Counted from the first letter of the stretch, positions 17,297-25,836 are shown. The stretch is 30,077 bases of DNA from a virus (IMGVR_UViG_3300010346_002929:1-30077), one strand, 5' to 3'. Numbers and translations: made by a program. The notes: a model not told the origin generated them from the sequence alone.

Positions 17297-18007
17297 TCAA
17301 AGGACCCTGGCCTTCACCTGGAAGACCTTGTACACGAGATCGCTGTCAGATACTGTCAGAGCCACGGTCGAGGGCAGCTCCAGGGTTATGACTGTGGATG
17401 TCAGGCTCTTGACCCTGTTGAGCATGGCATTGCCGTTTACATCCTCGAGCACGATGTAGTCGCCCTCGGACAGGTTCAGAAGGGCCAGGTTCTGGGCAGT
17501 GAACGTGATTGCAGAGTCCCCAATGGCCACGTTACTGGCTGGCGTCTTGTAGCTGGAGCTGGTGATAGTGCACTCCTCCAGGGCCTGGGCAACGGCGGTG
17601 TTGACCCTCGTCTCGCCCGCATTGGAGCCTGCCTCGTTCAGGACGCCGATGTAGCTGGCGGCGTTCCCCAGGGGCGCGCACTCGAGGTAGTCTCCATCCT
17701 GGATCGATGTGTTGGCTTTGGCAATCACCAGGGCATTGATCTTGGCTCCGCCCCTGGCCACCCGGACCACGTCAGGCTTGCCAGATTTGTTGCTGGCCAC
17801 GTAGAAGCCGTCATAGTCCAGGACCACGTTGTTGGCCGGCTGGACTGAGAAGCCGATCACGCCGCCGGAATTGTCGTCCTTCGTTCCCTTCACAACACCG
17901 GCAGCGGACCTGATGAGAGCCACACCGAAGCCAATGTTTGCGCCTGCGACCATTGGATCTATGCCACACGGTCCGGCGTCTATCAGAGTATCTTTGAGCG
18001 CTGACAT
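17297..18007 (-). CDS. Head decoration/cement protein with inserted domain
   Basis: 236 aa immediately before the capsid gene. Gly-rich beta pattern (IGFGVAL, VIGFSV, GDYLE, VAQALE), with about 75 extra residues before the terminal QVKARVL. Confidence 0.6.
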   Translation of the reverse strand: MSALKDTLIDAGPCGIDPMVAGANIGFGVALIRSAAGVVKGTKDDNSGGVIGFSVQPANNVVLDYDGFYVASNKSGKPDVVRVARGGAKINALVIAKANTSIQDGDYLECAPLGNAASYIGVLNEAGSNAGETRVNTAVAQALEECTITSSSYKTPASNVAIGDSAITFTAQNLALLNLSEGDYIVLEDVNGNAMLNRVKSLTSTVITLELPSTVALTVSDSDLVYKVFQVKARVL

Positions 18008-18379
18008 TTAGATCGCCCTCCCCCAGAGCTTATCCTGTTCGGCCTGCAGATCGAATGCCTGGCCGCCTTCGGTACTGGATGACCCTTTGAGCCTCCTCTC
18101 CTGGCCAGGCTGGACGAACTTATCCGCGTTCTCGACTACCCAACCAGCCGGATCCTTCTGGTAGGCCTCGAACAGCTCTTTGGCCTTCTCAGTATATCCG
18201 GGCTTGAGCTTGGATGCAAACGATTCCAGGACTGCAGCATCCTGTGCCGCCTTCTGGGATTCTTTCAGAGCCTGTACCTCGCCCTCGAGAGCCGCGTTCT
18301 TCTGCTCCAGGGCAGCGTTCTGTTCCTTGAGAGGCCTGATAGCCTCTTCTATCATCTCTTTGATCAGATCTTCTTCCAT
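18008..18379 (-). CDS. Nested scaffolding protein (internal in-frame start, 123 aa)
   Basis: The in-frame ATG at 18379 (residue 580, MEEDLIKEMIEE) is preceded by CCAGGAGGAGCAACC. Product is an acidic coiled coil. Analogous to lambda C/Nu3. Confidence 0.6.
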   Translation of the reverse strand: MEEDLIKEMIEEAIRPLKEQNAALEQKNAALEGEVQALKESQKAAQDAAVLESFASKLKPGYTEKAKELFEAYQKDPAGWVVENADKFVQPGQERRLKGSSSTEGGQAFDLQAEQDKLWGRAI

Positions 18380-20116
18380 GGTTGCTCCTCCTGGAGCAGA
18401 TGATTGTGATTCGCCGATGCCGGCCTGCTTAGCGAGCGATGCCAGCTTTTTCTTGGCATCAGCCAGCTCCTTGGCAGGTACTCCTTTTAGCTGAGAAATC
18501 CGAGCCAGAGCATTGCGAATAGCGTTCTTATTGTAGGTCCCGTCAGGTTCTCTGACTGGGAGCTTACAGTTCGCCTGGATCTTGTCTTTTCCAGGCTCGT
18601 TCAAGTCGATCAGGCACGCAGCACAATATGCGTCGGTGTCTTTGTATCGAGAAGCCGATCCATCCCACGGCTTGTCGGTGAAATCGGCTTCAGACTGTGT
18701 TTTGCACGCTCCACATTCCATATTGAATCCCGCTCCGTCTTCTGGTGTAACAATGCCGCGTGGGACCATCGAATACTCATAAAACACATACGGCCCCCGC
18801 TCGATCGCCTCATAATGGATCGTCTCGCCGTTGCTGTTAACCCACTCCCCTGGCGTCATGTCCAGAGCGCACGCAAATCTCAACGATCCATGAATAGGCT
18901 TACGGGACATGATGGCCTCGACCTCCCGGGGGGTGAGGTCGGACTCAAAGAACTGAGTTACGGCGGTGACCTTCTTGCCTTCTGGCCGATTGGCGATATC
19001 TGTCAACTGTCCGACCCTCCTGGCGGCAGGCGTCAGATCTTCATGGTTCGTGAGGACTGTGAGACCGTTCAGCCACTTAGAGTCCCTTGAGAACTCCGAG
19101 TATTCTCGGAGGACTGGGAATCCCCTACCCGCAAAGACACCTTCGACCAACGGAACCGTCGGACAGAGTATCATTCCACCCTTTCGCTTGAGACCCCTGG
19201 ATTCAAAAATTACAGCGGCATATCCGATCTCAGATTCTTTCGTCTCCTTCTTTATCACCTTCTTTATCATCGTGATCTCCCTGACACCCTCGACGCATCG
19301 GCATAAGTTGTGAAGCTTCGGCGTAACGCTTCCAGAAGATTGATATGCACCATCAGGCAGCCTCCGGCCCTCACCTGCCAGGGCCGAGCACTGCGGGCAG
19401 AGTCGCTCGTCTCCGGTGACGATCCTGTAGCCCTCATAGACGTGCGGATCTAAGATGCCCCGCTTGCAGGCGTCTGCAGTCGTCTCATAGAATGCCCGTG
19501 CTCCGGCGGTGGTGGCCTCCTGGACTGCAATGTTCCGCGCCCGCTTGTTGAGCAGCTTCGCGGCGTACTTGGCAGCCCGGCGATCGATCTCATCATCTGA
19601 TATCAGGCCACGCCCCATGAGCCTGGACCGCATCTGTTGCACTGCCTCGGCCCACCGAGGGTCGAGGCCTATGAGCTGTCGGATCTCCCTGGCCTGCTGC
19701 TGGTAGGTGACGCCGTCTCTGTAGCCACTGGTGATGATCTCCTTGATTGCCTGGCGCTGGCTTTCGGAGATGTACTTGATCTCCTCGGCACCGTACTCTT
19801 TGAGCCACTTGAGGGCATTCGGATCTGTGAGCGTGAAGCTGAGGGAGCTGCCGGCCGCCACCACATCAGCGATATAGGCGGCTGAGATCTCTGAGGCAGC
19901 CGGGAAGATCTCCTCTTCCAGGTAGGCCCGGGGGTCGTAGCCCTGCCAGGCCACGGCGTCAGCCACGTCTCCCGGCTCCTGCATGGCAGCGAGACGCCGC
20001 TCGATATCCGACCAGTCGGTTTCCTCTATGGTCTTCCGGATGCTCGCCTTGAAGCGATCGTTCAGCTCATCGATCGCCTTGTTCTCGATCCTCTCCAGCT
20101 CCTCAGCGTGGCCCAT
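18008..20116 (-). CDS. Fused MuF (gpF/SPP1 gp7) minor head protein + DUF2213-like prohead protease + helical domain + scaffold
   Basis: 702 aa. MuF motifs RARNIAVQE, GDERLCPQC and PKLHNLCRC lie in residues 1-280. Protease-like LNGLTVLTNH...HGSLRF...PGEW...YEAIER follows. The C-terminus is a coiled coil. Confidence 0.8.
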   Translation of the reverse strand: MGHAEELERIENKAIDELNDRFKASIRKTIEETDWSDIERRLAAMQEPGDVADAVAWQGYDPRAYLEEEIFPAASEISAAYIADVVAAGSSLSFTLTDPNALKWLKEYGAEEIKYISESQRQAIKEIITSGYRDGVTYQQQAREIRQLIGLDPRWAEAVQQMRSRLMGRGLISDDEIDRRAAKYAAKLLNKRARNIAVQEATTAGARAFYETTADACKRGILDPHVYEGYRIVTGDERLCPQCSALAGEGRRLPDGAYQSSGSVTPKLHNLCRCVEGVREITMIKKVIKKETKESEIGYAAVIFESRGLKRKGGMILCPTVPLVEGVFAGRGFPVLREYSEFSRDSKWLNGLTVLTNHEDLTPAARRVGQLTDIANRPEGKKVTAVTQFFESDLTPREVEAIMSRKPIHGSLRFACALDMTPGEWVNSNGETIHYEAIERGPYVFYEYSMVPRGIVTPEDGAGFNMECGACKTQSEADFTDKPWDGSASRYKDTDAYCAACLIDLNEPGKDKIQANCKLPVREPDGTYNKNAIRNALARISQLKGVPAKELADAKKKLASLAKQAGIGESQSSAPGGATMEEDLIKEMIEEAIRPLKEQNAALEQKNAALEGEVQALKESQKAAQDAAVLESFASKLKPGYTEKAKELFEAYQKDPAGWVVENADKFVQPGQERRLKGSSSTEGGQAFDLQAEQDKLWGRAI

Positions 20117-20119
20117 GGT

Positions 20120-21475
20120 CTACACCGTAGTATTGGATGGGTTCATGACGTTGTTTTTGTTTCCGAAGATCAGGGCGTGCTCGGCTGCAAGAGCCGCTAT
20201 CTCCTCATCAGTCAGAGGATTTAACCCCTCCAACTGCCTAAACTCGTTGATTGTGATTGCATGAGATCGATAATTTTCCAGGTTCCTCTGGTGCTCTTTT
20301 TCCTTATCTGCGGGGCTCCAATCCCACCACGCGAACTCGTCCGCCAGCTCGAACCCATTCCACTCTAGCCACTGTGTCCACAGGTTCTCAAATGGTCGGC
20401 CCCACAGCTCTCTCTCCGAGGCGATATGCAGATCGAGCAGGGTCTTTGAGGGGGCAGTGGTAGCGCTGATGGCCTGGGCCGTTACCTCCAGCACATCACG
20501 TTTGAAGAAGAAGGCAATGATCTCTTCCCGGAGGTACTTGTCAGCCTCCCAGGGGTTGAGCGGCATAGAGATGGTCGGGTACTCGATCCTCGTTCCCGCA
20601 AGAGCCACCTTTCGGTTGACATATGACTGGTTTTCAGCCAGATCATCGCAGTGTTCTATGAGGTCCTGCATCTTGATGGGAATCTTAGCCTGGATCATGG
20701 ATACGACGTCCCTGGCGTCGATCCGTTCGGTCTCATTTGGGACTGCAACCCTTCGCTCGGCAGTCATGCCGTAGCGCCGCACTTCTTTCCAAGCCTCGAT
20801 GCTCGGCTGGAGCACCTTGAGGAAGCTGATATCGTCCGGTACGGTCACATCCTCGATGTAGAGGAGGTTGTCAGGGTCAAGCTCCTTGGCTTGGCCGCCC
20901 CAGCCCGCGCCGCTCTGGAAGAATCGTGTGGTATCCTGCTTGGCATCGTAGATGATACCCGGGAGGATCTTGTCAGAGAGGTAGTCCTCGCCCACGCCCG
21001 ATGCAGTGCTGAAGCTCTGAGCCGGTAGGTGCTGGATCTCTGCGAAGTTGAGCCAGTTGCCCTCCTGCATGGTGGCGTACTCTGATATGGCCTGGCGGAA
21101 TGACCAGCCATCCAGGGCTGCTGCCCGGACCAGACCCAGCGTACCGCACCGGCGGGCCTTTCCTATCCGGCCTATGCGCTTCTCCTGGTTGTGGATCTGG
21201 GCCAGGGCCTTCTCGATGGCCGGACCCTGTGTGTCGTCGGATGAATCGATGGGCTGCAGAACGTGATCGAATCCAGAGAAGCATAATCGAGAGAGCCCAG
21301 ACAGGGACTCCATGACGACGGGAACAGATCGGTTAGCTGCTATGCGCTCGGGGGTGATGGCCGAGCTGCGATCTATCCAGCCCAGAGGCTGACCGAACCG
21401 CACCACAGGTGAGCCGGACATGGCCGGAGAGGCAGCTTCCTTCTGCCTCCTAAAGAGTTGATCCAAGAATTTCAT
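20120..21475 (-). CDS. Portal protein
   Basis: 451 aa directly after terL, with C-terminal ITINEFRQLEGLNPL (T.NE.R...GL.P). Confidence 0.88.
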   Translation of the reverse strand: MKFLDQLFRRQKEAASPAMSGSPVVRFGQPLGWIDRSSAITPERIAANRSVPVVMESLSGLSRLCFSGFDHVLQPIDSSDDTQGPAIEKALAQIHNQEKRIGRIGKARRCGTLGLVRAAALDGWSFRQAISEYATMQEGNWLNFAEIQHLPAQSFSTASGVGEDYLSDKILPGIIYDAKQDTTRFFQSGAGWGGQAKELDPDNLLYIEDVTVPDDISFLKVLQPSIEAWKEVRRYGMTAERRVAVPNETERIDARDVVSMIQAKIPIKMQDLIEHCDDLAENQSYVNRKVALAGTRIEYPTISMPLNPWEADKYLREEIIAFFFKRDVLEVTAQAISATTAPSKTLLDLHIASERELWGRPFENLWTQWLEWNGFELADEFAWWDWSPADKEKEHQRNLENYRSHAITINEFRQLEGLNPLTDEEIAALAAEHALIFGNKNNVMNPSNTTV

Positions 21476-22917
21476 GCTCGTCTTCCTTTCAGCCTGGAGG
21501 TTCCCCAGCCCACCGGAGATACCGATTCCACAGCAGCGAACGCCAGCATGAGCGCGTCTGCCCGATCGGGGGAATGCAGCCCTCGCCGCTTCATCTCTTC
21601 TTTGCTCTCGATCTGGATCTGCCCGCGGCTTGTGAATTTGTATTTGATACTGGATAGCTGGGCAGCCAAGTCCTCATCACCATCTATGGCGATGTCGCCG
21701 ACCTCGAACCGCTCCCTGAGGCCCCAGAACCACTCGGCCCTGGCGTTCAGGAAGTGCTCAGGATCTGTGGCGGCGAAGCCCGACCTCATCTCGATAGCCG
21801 GCTTTCCCTGCTCGTTCAGCCGGTCGTAGACGCCAGCCCCCAGGCCGTCAGCATCTATCCGGGCCTCGGTGGCCTGCGTCTCTTCCAGGGCAGATATGAT
21901 CCGGCCAGTCGTCTGCATGGTGTCTTCTTGGCGAGTTGTCCTGTGAACCTTGGCTACTGGCCCACGCCGCAGCACAATTACGGTCTCGTCTGCCCCATGC
22001 CTTGCGATATCGCAACCCAGGACAACAGGCTCACCATCCGGGAGCTTGCGCATCTGTGCCGCTTCGATCCAAGATAGGGGGATGAGCGTATCGTTCGCCT
22101 TGGTGGGGAATTTTCCCAGGACACGAGAGACCCAGAGCGGATTATCTTCGCCTGCCTCAGACCCACCGCACCACTTCAGCCACTTGTCAGCTACCCATTC
22201 GGGGGTGATCAGATAGGGAGCAGGAAGATCGCCGGTGATCTTGGCCTTCCAGCTCCCCCTCCTGATGTCATCCAAGGTGATGCCGAAGGCCGTAAAGTTT
22301 GGAGTGTCAAAGGCCGAGATGTGGATCTTGACCACGCCGGGCCGCTTGAACATCTCAAAGAATTCGCCGCTACTCTCTGTGGGATTTCCGATGGCCAAAA
22401 GGTGAGCATCCTGCGACGTGAGAATGCCATCAATGCCTACCCAGATGTCAGGCTCGATACCAGCAGCCTCATCAGCCACAACGAATATAGCACCTCTGGA
22501 GCTGTGGGCCCCCTGGAATCGGTTGGCATCATTTGTGCTCCGGCCCGTCGCAAACCAGTTCGGGCCGAGGTCAAGCCGCGTCTCAAGCATCTTGCCGCCC
22601 AGCGGCAATCGGGCCGATCCATGGGCCTGCCGGATTTCCTGCCAGAGGATGTCTCGCACCTGGTCAAATGTGGGAGCCGTCGTGACGGCCCGCGATAATC
22701 GATGGCAGAAGACAAACCATAGCACGGCACGAGCTGAAATCCAGCTCTTTCCAGCTGCGTGACAGGATGCCACGGCAACGGATTTGTGGTCTCGGACAGC
22801 TCGGAGGATCTCTTTCTGCTTCTCCCAGGGAGCATTTCCGAGTATGTGCTCAACGAACCAAACAGGATCTTCCCGGCAGCGATCAATTATCTTTTCCACT
22901 TGCTCCTTTTTCAGCAA
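21472..22917 (-). CDS. terL: Terminase large subunit
   Basis: Walker A SCHAAGKSW, Walker B IFVVADEA, coupling motif AIGNPT, nuclease motifs LGCDIARHGADET and SPDRADA. TTG start. Confidence 0.95.
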   Translation of the reverse strand: MLKKEQVEKIIDRCREDPVWFVEHILGNAPWEKQKEILRAVRDHKSVAVASCHAAGKSWISARAVLWFVFCHRLSRAVTTAPTFDQVRDILWQEIRQAHGSARLPLGGKMLETRLDLGPNWFATGRSTNDANRFQGAHSSRGAIFVVADEAAGIEPDIWVGIDGILTSQDAHLLAIGNPTESSGEFFEMFKRPGVVKIHISAFDTPNFTAFGITLDDIRRGSWKAKITGDLPAPYLITPEWVADKWLKWCGGSEAGEDNPLWVSRVLGKFPTKANDTLIPLSWIEAAQMRKLPDGEPVVLGCDIARHGADETVIVLRRGPVAKVHRTTRQEDTMQTTGRIISALEETQATEARIDADGLGAGVYDRLNEQGKPAIEMRSGFAATDPEHFLNARAEWFWGLRERFEVGDIAIDGDEDLAAQLSSIKYKFTSRGQIQIESKEEMKRRGLHSPDRADALMLAFAAVESVSPVGWGTSRLKGRRA

Positions 22918-23380
22918 GCTCGATCAGCTCCAGAAAACTTTCTGCCAACTTGCTATCTGGATCGTCGCCTGATAGTTCCAGCTCTGCCTTGATGGCCTTT
23001 GCAGCCATCTCTGCCGCTTGACTGTGCCAGGCAATGACTTGGCCAGGCGTAGCTTTCCGCTTGCCCTCAGAGGTTTCATACTCATCTCCTGGCATCCAAT
23101 CCAAATGTTCGAATGCGCGGGCCTTGATCTTCTCGATGAGGTCCAGTGACTTGACGATCTCCACTTTGACCGCATTCCTGCGGGCCTCATGCTTCTGCGC
23201 TCGCTCCTCTTTGGACTCAGCTACTAGGTCTTTCAAGTCCCAGACAGCAGCTTTATACCTCCGGATGGTTTTGGCCTTGTCCGGAATACCCAGCCTCTTT
23301 GCTATATGTTCCGGACTTTCCTTCTTCTGAAAACCTTCTTCGATCTGGTCAATGTATGCTGCTATCGATTCAAACGCCAT
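22883..23380 (-). CDS. terS: Terminase small subunit
   Basis: 165 aa overlapping the terL start. N-terminal HTH (SPEHIAKRLG...TIRRY) and helical body. Confidence 0.7.
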   Translation of the reverse strand: MAFESIAAYIDQIEEGFQKKESPEHIAKRLGIPDKAKTIRRYKAAVWDLKDLVAESKEERAQKHEARRNAVKVEIVKSLDLIEKIKARAFEHLDWMPGDEYETSEGKRKATPGQVIAWHSQAAEMAAKAIKAELELSGDDPDSKLAESFLELIELAEKGASGKDN

Positions 23381-23415
23381 TGGACATCATCTGGACAAAT
23401 TGACAAAAATGGACA
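23381..23415. repeat. Four T(G/T)GACA direct repeats immediately upstream of terS
   Basis: TGGACA at 23381, 23392 and 23410, and TTGACA at 23400. Confidence 0.6.
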
Positions 23416-23457
23416 TTATGCAATTAGTACTCGGCTCTGGAGTCGCCGCCATTGCCG

Positions 23458-23922
23458 TTATTCATAGATCATGTTACATTTAACACAATATAGATATCCG
23501 TGATTGTCCATCTGCAGCTCGCCGCCGCACGGGCATGCATCGAGCCGTAGGACCTCACCACGCGCTGTCATAATTGATATTTCTGGCTTATTATTTATAG
23601 GATCGGACAATTCTCTGGCCGACCTTCCTTGCAATCTAATTATTTTTGGCGGCCTCCAGGACCACTGGGAGCGGTTAAATGGTCTGCCATTGTAGATCAA
23701 TCTGCCAGATTCTTCGGCCACTTGACAGCGAATTTTTAGATGACAGTGTAGAACTCCGCCGTTTAAAATTGGGCGGAATGCCTTATCCCTATGAAGCGAC
23801 TTTAATTCCGATTCTGTCAGGTCCTCAGAGTAATCCATCCTCCTCAATCTATATGTCTGTGGTCCGATAATATTATCAGAATTTAGACAGTCTATTTGCA
23901 CCTGCACCTCACCAAGACACAT
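23458..23922 (-). CDS. Hypothetical protein with C-terminal Zn ribbon (start uncertain)
   Basis: CPCGG...CVKC at the C-terminus. AT-richer than neighbours. The true start may be the ATG at MDYSED. Confidence 0.55.
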   Translation of the reverse strand: MCLGEVQVQIDCLNSDNIIGPQTYRLRRMDYSEDLTESELKSLHRDKAFRPILNGGVLHCHLKIRCQVAEESGRLIYNGRPFNRSQWSWRPPKIIRLQGRSARELSDPINNKPEISIMTARGEVLRLDACPCGGELQMDNHGYLYCVKCNMIYE

Positions 23923-24119
23923 GCGCGTCCCCCCTGCACGATAGATTCTGTCTCGACTTCGCCAGCGTTTTCAAGCCGCCTGACTGCCTGCTGGATCTTT
24001 CCAATGGTCCAAGGCCACCTACCCATTTGCTCCTTGGCCTTGCCGAGGAGTTGATAGAGATTTAATCCGGGATTTTCTCGGACCAGAGTCTTGACCTGGT
24101 AGTCTGTGAAATTCATCAC
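23892..24119 (-). CDS. Winged-helix DNA-binding protein
   Basis: 75 aa. VKTLVRENPGL...WTIGKIQQAVRRLENAGEV is a typical wHTH pattern. Confidence 0.7.
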   Translation of the reverse strand: MMNFTDYQVKTLVRENPGLNLYQLLGKAKEQMGRWPWTIGKIQQAVRRLENAGEVETESIVQGGRACVLVRCRCK

Positions 24120-24289
24120 TGCTTCACCAACTTCTCCAGCCGTCTAGTCCACGCCCGGACGCTGTTCTCTGCGATCTTTCGATCATCTTCCAGACGTTTG
24201 ATTGCTGTAGAGATGCTCAGCTCTTTTGCCTTCCAGTATTCCAGCTCGTTCTGGGCGAGCTGGATATCCGAGTCCTTCCTGGAGCTCAT
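24116..24289 (-). CDS. Small coiled-coil protein (57 aa)
   Basis: Start moved to ATG 24289 (MSSRKDSD), an ATGA overlap with the upstream stop. Confidence 0.6.
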   Translation of the reverse strand: MSSRKDSDIQLAQNELEYWKAKELSISTAIKRLEDDRKIAENSVRAWTRRLEKLVKQ

Positions 24290-25254
24290 AGATCGGCCCC
24301 CTGCGATCTGAGCCGCACACGCACGGACTGCTCGCCGTAGTAGTAGCCTTCCAGGTTCAGAGCCTCTGAGATCTGCTTCGGGTTCATTCCAGTCCGCCAC
24401 ATATCCCACATCTTCTGGTCCAGCTCGGCGCGGCTGATTGGTACAGGATCGGGCATCTCCTCGTTTGATGAGACTGCATCTGCGTCGGAGTTGATCTGAT
24501 CTTGGCGACCCATCTCTTTGGGCATCGGGGCATTGTGGGCCATCTCGTCATGGGATTCGGAGGAGCGCTTCTTTCGGATCTCCTGATGGCGTGCCATCAC
24601 ATCGCCTATGGTACAGTCGTGTCCTCTGCTCCGGAGAGCCTCGTGGATCTCTTTGAATTTCACACCCGCATCTCTTTGTGCATCGATGAAATCATCCTCG
24701 CTGTGTGGAATCCTCGGGGGTGCTCGGCGGGTGGTTTGCGCTTTCGTGGAGGTGCTTGTCTCGTTCTGAATTGTATCTTGCGTCTCCTTCACAGATTTTT
24801 CAACTATTCGGGAATCCCGAATAGTTGGACGCTCTTCAACCATCTGGGTATCCCGGATAGTTGGATCGGAGTGAGCAAGTTCTCCACTCAAAGCTGCATA
24901 TGCCTCCTTCCTCAGACCTTCGGCCTTTTGATCCTGTTTGTATTTCCAGTAGCGCATCCTCGCAGCCTTCGGAGTGATGTTACCTGCCTCGGCTGCGATA
25001 GCCGGCCAGGACCGGCGCTTCCTATCTGGCCCCAGCGACTCCCTGAGCTCCACAACCTTCTCGGTGATCCTCTGGCTCTCTTCAGGATCGTAATATCGAG
25101 CCGCCAGGCCTGTCCTCTGTGGGTGGAATCCCTGAGAGAGCTTGATTGCTACGTCGATGTGTCCTCGGATGAGGTTGATCTCGTTCAGCCGGTCGAGCGG
25201 AACTGCCCCCTCTGGGGGAAACAGGATTTTCAGAATCTCTGCCTCAGTGCTCAT
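24286..25254 (-). CDS. Multi-HTH DNA-binding protein (322 aa)
   Basis: Start moved to ATG 25254 (MSTEAEIL, ATGA overlap). Three HTH-like segments (RSWPAIAAEAG, GVKFKEIHEAL, GMNPKQISEAL) joined by low-complexity linkers. Confidence 0.65.
   Translation of the reverse strand: MSTEAEILKILFPPEGAVPLDRLNEINLIRGHIDVAIKLSQGFHPQRTGLAARYYDPEESQRITEKVVELRESLGPDRKRRSWPAIAAEAGNITPKAARMRYWKYKQDQKAEGLRKEAYAALSGELAHSDPTIRDTQMVEERPTIRDSRIVEKSVKETQDTIQNETSTSTKAQTTRRAPPRIPHSEDDFIDAQRDAGVKFKEIHEALRSRGHDCTIGDVMARHQEIRKKRSSESHDEMAHNAPMPKEMGRQDQINSDADAVSSNEEMPDPVPISRAELDQKMWDMWRTGMNPKQISEALNLEGYYYGEQSVRVRLRSQGADL
24801..24863. repeat. Two tandem 27-bp palindromes within the multi-HTH gene
   Basis: CAACTATTCGGGA-A-TCCCGAATAGTTG (24801-24827, perfect 13-bp arms) and CAACCATCTGGGT-A-TCCCGGATAGTTG (24837-24863, 10/13), 36 bp apart. 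Confidence 0.85.
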
Positions 25255-25604
25255 GCTTTGACTCCTTGAATCTGGATATTGACCTCTTCTCCAACATGCG
25301 ATCGATACCATTCCTCTTTTTGTGGAGGCCATGCTGGCCTAATTGTGGTCCAAAGATAGCCCCCCGTGAGGAGCAGCAGCACCAAGAACTCTTTTCCATG
25401 TGAAAGCTCAAAATTCCCAGGCTTCCATCGGAACTTAGTGTCCCACTCGATGAACTCCTTCGAGAGCTGGCTGCGATCTACCTTCAGAACGGCCAGCAGG
25501 GTGGTTGGCCTGTCTGGGTCCATCATATCCATTGCAGAGAACGGCATCTTGCAGTACTCGGCAGCGAATTTGATTGTAGCTAAGCCCACTTTCTTCATCT
25601 CCAA
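25251..25604 (-). CDS. Hypothetical protein, possibly ASCH/PUA-like
   Basis: 117 aa (or ATG start at 25598). IKF..EY.K and WTTIR...P.KEEWYRS..GE resemble a phage family I recall as ASCH/PUA-like. The fold call is tentative. Confidence 0.45.
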   Translation of the reverse strand: MEMKKVGLATIKFAAEYCKMPFSAMDMMDPDRPTTLLAVLKVDRSQLSKEFIEWDTKFRWKPGNFELSHGKEFLVLLLLTGGYLWTTIRPAWPPQKEEWYRSHVGEEVNIQIQGVKA

Positions 25605-25626
25605 TTTTTATATTTCAACCGTCTTG

Positions 25627-25820
25627 AGTCTCGGAGACTTGAGACTCCAAGTCTCTCTCTACCCTTCCAACGTTACTAGCTGTTTATATACTATCTTTCA
25701 AATCCTTCCCTTCCCTCAACTAATACATACTACTCTACGACATACTTTTACTAGACTTAGTATGTCGCAGTCTGGCTTTTTACCCCCTTCTCTCCATCCG
25801 AGTCTCAAGTCTCCGAGACT
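25627..25820. repeat. Perfect 21-bp inverted repeat flanking a 152-bp non-coding spacer (candidate origin)
   Basis: AGTCTCGGAGACTTGAGACTC (25627-25647) and its exact reverse complement (25800-25820). The spacer has a strong pyrimidine bias, a TATATAAA-like box and a 9-bp IR, CGACATACT (25738-25746) / AGTATGTCG (25759-25767). Confidence 0.88.
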
Positions 25821-25836
25821 TGAAATGGAGCTTAAC

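Noticed and set aside
18008-20116. MuF polymorphic toxin
   Set aside because: The C-terminal extension resembles protease and scaffold rather than a toxin, and the next gene is a decoration protein, not an immunity gene.
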